Positions 11,901-23,900 of a stretch of 64,000 bases of DNA are shown in pieces. Below the pieces are notes generated by a model. The model was not told the origin of the DNA, did no database searches, and worked only from the letters and a program-made list of their open reading frames with translations. The position numbers were made by a program, and so were the translations under genes. The DNA lies in NCBI GenBank assembly GCA_028023455.1, contig JAQFVV010000006.1:8742001-8806000 (forward strand), written 5' to 3'. How positions within the stretch are numbered: the stretch's first letter is position 1; each line of letters begins with the position of its first letter. This DNA is from Epiperipatus broadwayi. Taxonomy: Eukaryota; Animalia; Onychophora.

Positions 11901-14900
11901 TTTATTAGGAAAATTGCACTGTAAGTCAGTACATTTTGTAACAGCCCTGTTTTTTTTTAATATTCAAATGAGATGTTAATTTGCTGTTTTAATATGAATA
12001 GTCATTATTGAAATTTGTTCATTGTGTGAGAATGTGCGATATTACATATAAATAAAGTATTCTAGCTGGCTAGTCAACTATATCTAACATGCTTCAATAT
12101 AGATTTTTTTTTTTTATGAACTTCAATTATTGAATATATAAAATGTTGTAAAAAATGATTTGTTTCTAACCAATGTTACAAAGTTATCTTTTAGTTGAAT
12201 CTTTACATGGTTTTTATAGTAATTTTTAATTATGAGTTTGGGTGATGATTATATATTATAAATTGAGCTTTAGATAAAGTGTAGATATCATGTTAATAAT
12301 AGAGTTATATATATTAATTAATAAATTGATTAATGCACCTTATAAATAAATATTTGTAATTAATAAATCTTTCCAATTAGTATTAGACTTTTCCACCACT
12401 TGTTATTTATAATAATATATCAATTTCAAATTATTTAATTTAATGAATGTTGCAACAATAATTACATTTCCCAAAAAGTGCGATGAGTTGAGACAAATTA
12501 CTACTAATAGGATTTATGGTACCTACAATATTCGTAATTAGGATTCCCATCCATATTAAGTGAGCGTTGATTAGTCAATTCTCAATCAATCTAAATAGCA
12601 AATGGTATTTTGTTAACAGTCTTAAAATTTAGTCCAGATAGTCAATTCTCAATTGATCTAATTGGCCATCTGTTAATAATCAGTTAATGAGTATCTAATT
12701 ATTAACCAAGAAATAATAGTCCTAGATTAATCTGAATTGATCATTTGATGATCGATATACTGAGGGGGGAAAAGTAAAAAATATGATTATAATATATTGC
12801 AGCTTTTACTATTGATGGAGAGATATCATATTCAGAGCTGATCTTGTAAAACAGTGAGTCACGCTGCCAATGATGCAGACTCAAAATAGGCATAGAAACG
12901 AGATTGATAAAAGTATTTGTTTTTATTTCATAAATATTTTCCCTACACATTCATTACTTTGTTTTGTAGTGTTTTAAATAAACCTTGTAATTTTAAAAAT
13001 GTGCACTTTAAAGATTGTCTAGAGCCTCATATTTATTCGGTCAGACTGGTCATACTTCTTTAGGCACTGAGCTCACGGATTTGCTCTGCTTTACTTAAGG
13101 TTATATAAGTATTTGATAGAATATTTTTGTCTTGTGCAAAAATTGACGCATATTTTTACTTTATTAAAATCAAACCATATACTTAAACTTGAAATGGGCA
13201 TTTTTGTTTTGTGCATAGAATTTTGTAATCTCATTTATTTGATATTTTTCATTTCTATAAATTATATTTTTTCACTGTTGTCCATTTTTTTCAGCACCTC
13301 ATTTGGCCATGCAACCTATGGATAGCACTTTGTTAGAATCCCCTTGCACTAAATCCATGGTCTCCCCAATGCCTCCACCTACACCTGAAACAGAAGCATT
13401 GCCTACAACAGTATCTTCAACTTCTACTACCGCCACTATCACATCTGCTTCAACTATTTCCACTTCTGCATCTAATTCTTCTGAGAAGAGTAAGAATTTT
13501 AGCATTTTTTTTTGTTTAGTTAGGTGTATATGTATATAATATCAATTATATGAAATAATTGTGATTTTGAAAACAGACTTTTCCACTGATATAACATATT
13601 TTATTATAATAATGAACAACATATAGGGTATATTTTTAGGATAAATATGCTAAGGTATTTTTCACTTCAGTAATTTTATAAAGAATTCCATTAATTTATC
13701 ATCGCCATTAATAGTCACTTGTAAACAAGTACATGTTTTCCTAACTTTAAAAAGAAGGATAAAGTAAATTCTGGAAATGTGGGCATTATTATTCATTTTC
13801 ATTATCAATCAAACAATAGTTTGTTTGCTTTAGAAGACAGTTTTATAAACAAGGCAGGTATTTTTGATCATAATTTTTGAAAAGTTTTTTTTTTTAACAT
13901 TAAAAATCATGACAAAATATATTGAAAAATTTATAAATGTATATATACGTTACAGTTGTTTTATATAGTGGAGTCATGAACCACGCTGTATCTAACTACA
14001 GGACTACAAATTATATGCTATTCAAAGAAAAACTTAAACAAACAAAAATGTAAATAATCAAAAGCAAACTTTTAAAATTTGCATATTTTACAATATTTGA
14101 GCAGCTCATGTTTAAAAAAATAGATTAAGTTTGTAAATAAATTTTACAATATGCCAGTAACCAATTTTTATCTCTGAGCGCCATACACGATTGTATATAT
14201 TAATAAAAATTTTTCAATTAATTTTGAAGAGCACATCCTTTATTATCCTTTCCGAATTTAATATGCAGTATTTTGCATAATAAAATATTTTCTGAGCATA
14301 TTGCTAAAAGTTTTACAAAATTTTAAAACATACTAAAAATTGATACTGATTTTCAATCAAATTAATTAGAGCGTTCTTAATTACGCTATTATATTTATAT
14401 AAGAGAAAAAAGTTATTGAAAGAAGAATATTGTCCAGAGCATATTTAATAATGCTGAAAATTCAGACATATCACTATTTACTTTAAAAATAAAAATAACG
14501 TAGTGTTTTTCTTATTCTTACTTCTTCAATGAATGCATGAATAAACACAGTAAAATATTTATAAATGTTTCCCTCAATTTATTACTAATAACTATAATTT
14601 TTATACTATAATCTTAATTTATATATGCATTCTATACATATAAAAAATCATCTGTAGTATTGTGTGTGAGTGATTAAACGTACTGTACACTTACAATTCA
14701 ATAAACTATATATTCTACTCTAATAAAATATTTGTCAATAAAATGTAAGCTGTTACGTGCTTTATACATTGGTATGTGACAGGGTCTTGAACAAAATATA
14801 GTGTGGTTCGTGGCTTCACTATATGTTTGAAAACAAAAAATATTTGATGATTGTAATATTGAAATAAAGATTAAATTGTTTTTGAAGTTTTTCATAGTTT

Positions 14901-17900
14901 AAAAAAGAATATGAGAAAGAGCATATTAGAAATTTACCCCCTGTGTAGGAAGCTTAAAGGTATATTAGCCAGTTCAGGAACTTTAAACTCTCAAATTCAA
15001 CGTACTGTTACTGTACCAGTATACACAAGTAACTGAAAATAATCTAATGTCACATTCTTCAAGAAAGTGATTAGTTATTGTAGCATAATTTCAAAAAAAA
15101 ACAAACCACTGTATTAATATTTTTTAAGATTTGCTTACATGTATAGTGTTTTGAGCATTGTAATACACGTTATATATAGAGCTCGCAAATAAGCTCTTAA
15201 CAAGCTTTACAGAATATCCCCAGACTGGTTTCTACTGGTTTCCTCAGTAAGGTGCTAGGTTATTCAAGCATTAGATTAAAAATACCAGGACAAGCTCAGC
15301 ACTTTATCTAATAGATAACTATTATGTAGAAAATCTGAAATTTTCAGACATTTATATGTCTTCCAATCTAGCTATCTAAGTTAAATAGCCATATGGGACT
15401 GAACCAAGTTCAGATACACCATATATTAATAACTTTAGCAATATAAAATCACCAAAGCCTTAATAAAAAATAAAATTACAAAGAAATCAAGTCATATCTT
15501 ACATGACCTAATTTAACAAGCTTGTATTACAAATGTTATATATATATAGAGCTCGCAAATAAGCTCTTAACAAGCTTTGCAGAATATCCCCAACCCCAGA
15601 CCATTTTCTGCTACTGGTTTCCTCGGTGAGTTGCTTGGATATTCAAGCATTAAATTAAAAATACCAGGACAAGCCCAGCATTATATATAACATTTGTAAT
15701 ACAAGCTTGTTAAATTAGGTCATGAGATATGACTCGATTTCTTTATAATTTTATTTTTTACTATTAAGGCTTTAGTGATTTTATATTGTTAAAGTTATTA
15801 ATGTATTATGTATCTGAACTTGGTTCAGTCCCATATGGCTATTTATGTTAGATAGCTGGATTGGAAGGCATGGATGTCTGAAAATTTCAGATTTTGTACT
15901 TAATAGTTAACCATTAGATAAAGTGCTGCACTTGTCCTGGTATTTTTAATCTAATGCTTGAATATCCTAGTACCTCACTGAGGAAGCCAGTCGCAGAAAC
16001 CGGTCTGAGGTTGGGGATAATTCTGCAAAGCTTGTTAAGAGTTTATTTGCGAGCTTCTATATTGTACCGGACCATACTCCCTGCGGAATTCTTTTCCTAA
16101 TCTTGCACTGAGCATGAAGTGACCAAGATCTAACAGGTAAAGAAATGGATATCAATTTAGCCGATTTCTATACTCATATATATCAGTACTTCCGGCTAAA
16201 CTGATAGAAAGAGTGGGTTGACAGGAATCTTCCAGTTAAAACACCCTTTAGTTGATCTCTTATTTTAATGCCCGAATATTTAGAACAATGGCAAGTACAC
16301 ACCTTTGAAAAATCTATTTACAAAATAGACCTTTGCGCGCCACTTCTAGAAAAGAATCAAAAAATGAATTTTTCACCCTCTTAGAAGGGTGTGCAATACC
16401 ATATGTTCAGCGGAGCATAAGAATAAGATTTAACACCCCGGTAGAGCGATATCCCGTGTGGCTAGCTCAAGTCACTCTACATCTAGGGTCTTCAAATGGG
16501 TAAGTTAAATGATTATTACAGGTATGTGGTTGATAAGGAAAGAACACATTTTATCGATATAACTAATACTATAAAAATGAAACAAGTTTAATAATGTGAT
16601 TAAATATTTATTTAGTCCCAAATACCCATTACCGTTTCATATAAATGATGATATAATAACAAAATACTAAATAATTAATTATCCCAATATATATAGATTT
16701 TCAAAGCGTTTAAATAGATAAAATCCAAATTTAAATAAGAACAATAATAATTCCCTAAAACTATTGACAATGTTTATAAGTAATGGAAGTGGTCTGAGCT
16801 CTTTTTACTCAATAGAAATAAATTTTAAGTTGTGTGATTTGATATACAGATATGAGATTTTCGGTCATACAGGCATACGCTTTTACTGATAACTTTAAAA
16901 CCTTTTTATTGATAGGAAATATAATAATAAAAACTATGCATATTTGCACAATGAAATATATCACTAATTTCATATTTTCAACAAGTCAATATGTTGCATT
17001 GGCTCAGATACCATATCGTACTCACCATAAGGTACTGTATCTATTTCCGTTTTGCCAAAGATAAATTTCTATACATGTATATACGTGCAGCCCAATTATA
17101 CACCTACTATTATTTTAAATATAAAGTTATTAGAGTACTTGCTTATAGGGAATCTATAATAAATCAATCCCTTCTTACACTCATCGTGAGGTGTAGCAGT
17201 CACAAAAAAAATAACTTAAAAAGGATATACGGTTAAATACATTTTTTTTTTTTTGATATTCAGCATGAGATATCATATTTACCGAATATAATAAGCGTAT
17301 GTACGCATACATATATATATACATGCATATTTATATTTGACGAATTTCAGGAATAACAACAACAGCAAAACGAATAGCAACAACAACAACAACAAAAAAA
17401 AAATCTCATTGCAATCTTTGTTGAAAATACTAATTTGAAATAGAAACATTCACTCAAAGGATTTAAGTAAAAGCTTTACCATTTATGACCGCAATAACCG
17501 TCAATTTATACATATGCGAGAGACTCTCTCATTTTTAAATGATAAATAATAATAACAAAAAAAAATATATATCTAATCGGAAATAGAAAAGTTAATTATT
17601 TCAATGTTAATAAATATCTTAAAATAAACTTATATCTGCGTCTTCATTCTTCTCCTCTGGGCTGAGTGGGCTTCAAGTTAACTGGCTGTGTGGTGACGAT
17701 TTCTTCCATTTAGTAAGGCGGCACTGGTCATCCTCCTGGGCGGTTGGAATTGGCGTGGTCACATCTGGGCGGCTTAGGACAGAGAAAGGGCGGTGCACTG
17801 GCTAGTTGTCTACCCCACGGTCATTTTGCCGGAATCTCTAGTATATTGCTTCATATCCTCTTTTTTTTATATATATCTAAATAGTAACGAGGATTATTTA

Positions 17901-20900
17901 ATAAATTTTCCTAGGCTGTCTCCAATAGTTATTCGAATCCACAAAGACAAGAGTTCTTAAAAGAACTGTATAAAGGATTTGTTCTAACGAATGTCACTAA
18001 TAGTACTATTCATAAATGACTCTCTAAGTAGCTGATCGCTTGGAGAATTCTGGAGCAACGAAAAGAATGACTTGCCCAGAATGGCTGCCAACGAAAGACT
18101 GAATCCCACAGCACTATCCATCCCACTAATAAGAACCAATTCAGATATCCCTCTGAGAAGAATGAATCAGCCAATCCTTTTAATCTAGCTTATCACTTAG
18201 ATTGCAAACATTCCTTTATATTTTTCCGATTAAATTCTACATTTTAAGTTTGACATCCATCTTGAATGCTCAGACCACTTGATTACAGCTATTCATTTCA
18301 AAAGAATTTCTATTTAAAAAAAAAAATAATAACATTTTAATTATAGCCTTATCAAACATTTTGCTTTTGGTCAGATTTTTGCAAAAGCAATTAACATTCT
18401 TTGTTTATAGAATAAAATTAGTTTTTAGAGGCAGTAATTAACAAAATGAAAAATGTACAAGTATGTTGGAACAATTGCTTTAATTATTTATTTTACTACT
18501 ATGTTCCAACATTTGATTCACTTGTTTAATAAGTTTGCCTTTCTCTATTTGAATTTTTCAGAGAAAAGCCCAATACATAAAGTGATATAAAAAATATACA
18601 AAATAGAAAAATAAAAAAAATACATGAGCTTATTTTACAATATTTTCCATGTCAATTTCATATTATTTAAATTGGTGTGTGTGGGTATTTTAATGCTCAG
18701 ACCACTCCATTATCAATATAGCACATTTATATATTTGTTGTGCTTAATCCATACTTTGTGCAAGGCCATTTGATAATGCCTGGCACAATATATAACATTT
18801 GTAATACAAGAAATTGTAATACATACACACGCAGTGGGATATGTTGCAATGAACAAATCGTTCAAATTTTTTTCCCCGCTAATTGGAATTACTAAAATGA
18901 TGACTAATAGGACAACAAACACTACTAACAACTTGTGCCATATTTGTTAAGCTTAATCACCAATTTAATTCATTTATTTATTTGCATTTTTAGCAAGCTA
19001 TATTTTGTTTTAGTTATTATGCAGTATCTTCAATGCATGCATGCAATAACAAATGGATATCTAGAAACAATTATATTCATTATAGGATGTTTTACAAATA
19101 TTAAATTCTCTCAAATGCAGTAGCTAAAGAAAATTTTGAGCTTTAAAGTTGATGTATTAATATATGCTAAGCGCTTTGGAAAGTTTGTGTTTTCATATTC
19201 ATAGCTGGAATAAAAGTAGCGTCCAACTCAACAGTATTTTAATTAAAGCAAAGTATAAACTCTTACTAGTACTTAGTACTTAAGATACTTCTTCGTTTCC
19301 CACAAAATAAGACCTAACCAAAAAATAAACCTTAGCATGATTTTTGAAGGTGCTTACAGTATAAGACCTAGTTAAGATCGGCAACCTGAGAAATGGGTTT
19401 TGTTTGTCCGTTGAAACGTACAATGGACATATTGGATTAAAAATTATTGATATTAATGCATTAAATAAATGGTAATATATATTTTCCTGTCTACTATTTC
19501 GACAAATGTAATTCTGCCTGTATAGAGAAACAATTTATCAAAAGTCAATATATCGAACAATTTATAATTTCATTTATATATATTTACGTACTTATTTTAT
19601 TTAATACTGAGATTAGACATGTTTGATTTACTTTTCTAATTTTAGCATGGTAGTTTTTAAATATTCAAGATAAAAGAAAAATTAGTTTGATTTCACAAAC
19701 GGTTTTTTTCTCCTAAAAAACTTTTATTAAAATAACGGAAGTGATTTTAATAATGAAAGTTCAACTTAAGTTAAATTATCAATCTTTCTTCTAAAGAAAA
19801 CTTTTTAAAAAGAATATTCAAGCAAGGCTATTACAAGTAATTTTGAAAGTGTTAATAAATTGCATGCTTAATTACGAATGAATGTGGTTGTGTCATATAT
19901 GAATCATTGTAATTCAATATGTCATATGTTGTAATGGATGATTTAATGTGCACGTGTGAAATAAAGAAATATTTTCTGAAATTTTACGCTTGCATTTTTT
20001 ATTGCATTTGTGTGAACAAACTATTCTTAGCTGTAATCATTTATTGTTTGTTATCATTCCCGCTTCACAAGTTTTCGATTAATACTTGATTTAATATTAA
20101 ATTTAAACAAAATAATATTTTTATTGCCAAATAAGATGAGGGCAAAAAAAAAAAAAGGAACTATTCTGATGATTACAAGAAATCAATGGTGGGGGGAAGG
20201 GGGCTCCCCGGTAAGAATCTTACAGCTTTCTGTGAAGAAAGGTATTTGATTAAATGTATATTTTTATGCTTGAATAAATATAGATGTTTGTACATGAAAA
20301 ATAAGCTACTCCCTGAAGACAGTGTCTTATTTCGGGGAAAAGAGATAGAATTATCATGTTTAAATTAAGAAGAAAAAAATTTGTTTTCAAAAATTATTGT
20401 TGGTGATGTTTTTATCAAATTTTTGTATTTATAATATTTATAAATGCTATTAATATTAACTGAATGTCCAAATATTTATTGTTTTATGCATCAACAAAGC
20501 TATCTACAACTTTTCTGTTTCTTTACAATAGCTTATTTTATAAACTGAAAATAGATTTTTTGATGTTGTTAGGTTTTAATGCGATATTGCTTTCTGAGTT
20601 TTTTTATTCAATAAATATAGAATTATTATTTTTCTTGTAGTAATCAAAAACATAGTGTCTTTTTTTAGTCTTGGAAGTAAAAATGTAAGTCGTAACATTT
20701 TAACATTTTTTTTTTTCAAACTGGTAAAGTAAATCACTGTTGTATTCTTATCTTTAAATTTTGATAAAATCATTAATATCTTGCTACTGTGATGGGATAT
20801 CCTTTGTTCATTCAATTGCAAGGAACATGAGCACAATAACAAAATCAATATTAGTCAGTCATTAGGAAAAATAAAAGTCCATAAAAGCAACTAATAGTTT

Positions 20901-23900
20901 ATCTAGAAAGATTTGCACTTATATTAATAAATATTGGGCGGGGGGGAGGTGACAACACAAAAAAACTTAAATAATTTTGATAGTGAATTCTCATAATTCA
21001 AGGATAATTATATTAAAGTAACATTTCTCTTTTAATTAAGGTAATGACAATTATTGATGGAATTTTGTATAAAAGTAATACAATTTTAAATAAAATCTAG
21101 TACGTAGGATTCCAAATTTTAACAAATATAATACTTTTGTTAGTTGTTTATAAACAGAATAATTTATTTTTAAAAAAAAACTTTTTTTTTTAAAGATTCT
21201 GATACAAGTAGTGAAACAATAGCTAATCAAACCAAAGATGTTAACGGCAATCAAGATAATGAACAAGATGAAAATTTACAAACACCTGCTTTAGTAGTCT
21301 ACATTGTGGATCCCTTTTCTTTTGGCAATGAATGGGAAGAAGTTCATAGGTTAACCACAATTGGACTCCTCCGGTGTTACTCGGAAATGGTGAAATATTT
21401 GCCTGAAAATATCCAGAGTAATATAACATTGCAGGTTTGTATGTGTATATGTATGTTGTGATTGTTGTTTATTTGATGAATGTAACTTTAATTTACGCTA
21501 GGATTTTGTTTTAAAACATTTTAGTTTTTATAATTGTTTTCATATTAACGTAAATGCATGTATAATAATTAAATTTTAGTCAGTCATAATTAAGTTGAGA
21601 TTTATTTAGGCGTTTTTGTCAACAATTATAATCTGTAAAAAAAAAAAAACCCTGTTTGCAAACTTCCTTTGTATATATTTAAAAAAGACCTCATTATCGG
21701 TAATTATTTCTATCGTAACCGTAGTATAGTTTAAATTCAGATTGAATAAAACTTTGAAAACATTTTATTTGGGTGAAGTGTAACATTTTTTTTTTTCTTA
21801 AAAAAAATAGATAACCCCTAGTCAATTAGCTAGTCATCCAATATTTGTTGGTAAATTAGTTTCTGGCTGTTTCCACCAATTAACACTTTTTTCATGTGAT
21901 ACTTTTTTGTTATTTTACTATAATTTCTATGAGAAACAGTTAATGGAGTTTTTGTCTTGCAATAAGCTACTTAAAAAATTGTTTATCAACTTGTGCATAT
22001 AGAATCTTTATCAAAGTATAACATTTAATATTCCTATTAAATTAACAATTATATATAAATATGTTGCATTCCTTATCAAAACTAAATTGATTTAATTTTG
22101 AAAAGTCACTAACCATAATAATGTTTGTGTTATTCTTTATAAATACCTAGTCTAGTTGACTATTGTATAATAAAAAATTGTAGTCCTGTGCCTTTTTCCT
22201 TAATATGTGTGCCAAAAACAATACATTTTGGTAACTCATTTTTAGCATTCAGAATTTTTTTTATTTATTTCAAAGGGTAAAAAAAAGTATTCCTTTTATT
22301 GATACTCCACCAGCAATAAATGTAAGACGCTGCCATATTTTCTGGTGTTTATTAACTTTTTAATGTTATCTGATGCACAAGGTCTGAGAGGTCCAACAGG
22401 GAACGGCCTTGGAAAAGGCTTTTTTTTTTTAGTTAAAGGATTTTTTTTATGTATTTATAAAAAGAGAAAAAAATGAACAAATATATGACAAAATATTTAT
22501 ATCCTATTTTTTCCTTAAGATAACTCCGTTAGTTAGAACTGAAGATAGTTTAAGAGAGTGGGAATGAATTTGTATATTTAAAAAAATTAATATTTTGTCA
22601 CCAATCATACTGCCATAGTTCGAATAAAAAATATAAAAAAAATCATCTTTTTTTATACATATTAAATAAGTATTTTTAATTTTTACATTATTGAAATAAA
22701 CAATATTCCGAGTATTATAGTTGTGTGAATTGAAGTTTGCTTTAAATAAGATAAAATGGGATGGTTTATCCATTTATATTATACTCAAAGAAGTATGGAG
22801 AGATGTATGTTGGGAGTAACAAGAAGAGATCGAAAACGCAATGTATGGGTAAGAGAACAAACAGGTGTTACTGACCTCATTGAAAAAATTAAAAGATTGA
22901 AGTGGAGTTGGGCTGGACATATTGCTAGAAGAGATGATAATAGATGGACAATTGAAATTTTAAACTGGATTCCAAGAGATTGTAAAAGACCCAGAAAGAG
23001 ACCACATGTAAGATGGATGGATGAAATAAGAAAATGTGTAGGGGTGATGTGGAGAAGAGAAGCTAAAGATCGGAGAAGATGGATTAAACTTGGAGAGACC
23101 TTCATCCTGCAGTGGATTGATAATGGTTGATAATGATGATGATGATTATGACTATTATTAGTATCATGAGTTTAAATGCTAAAGAAGTATACCAGAAGAA
23201 GAATGAAAAATGACATACTGAGATGAACGATAACACATGGATATAAGGAATAGTTATATTAATGTTTGAATAGAACAACAGAAATGAAAGATACCTAACT
23301 GATATTGCGAGGAGTTTATTTTGACAGGTTGTATTTACATTAGCTAATTTAAGTTTTTTTTTTTTTTTTTCAATCTTAATTTTAAAAAATATTTATTAAA
23401 AATGCAATAGTAGTTCTTGAATTAGTAGCAGTCTTTTGCAAACGAGATCAGCTATGTCAATTAAAGAAAATAAAAAAAGAATAGAAAGTCAATAATAATA
23501 TCTAAATATGAGATTTGCAATGATTACAATCTGAGCCACACACTCTAAAATACATCAGTATATCGCAAGAAAATCAAGTCATATATCACATGACCTAATT
23601 TAATAAGCTTGTTTTACAAATGTTATATTATCCCAGCTCCTCACTGAGGAATGCCAAAAGCATGAAACCGGTCTAGGGGTAGGGCTATTCTGAAAAGCTT
23701 GTTAAGAGCTGTTGTCATGCTCATTATATATCAATATATCTAATATGCTGGTCCATTATTTTGATAGCTTGATAATTTGCAACACTGCTTTTTATTTTTT
23801 GTAGCAAACTTTGTTTTGGTGAAAGACTTAACACCTTATCAAGTTGTTTTGTCGTATTCTATATTCAGCTGTATCTTCCTTACGAAAGCAAGTGGTATTG

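Noticed and set aside
17640-17850. Isolated GC-richer patch in the MED13 intron
   Set aside because: No open frame or splice pattern fitting MED13, and the flanking exons join in phase without it; probably an unidentified TE relic.
20164-20195. CUGAUGA-UUACAA-GAAA-UCAAUG hammerhead-like string
   Set aside because: Helix II is only 2 bp around a 2-nt loop, position 17 would be G, and helix I does not pair; likely chance.
22785-23105. 106-aa minus-strand ORF
   Set aside because: Antisense shadow of the RTE LINE ORF.
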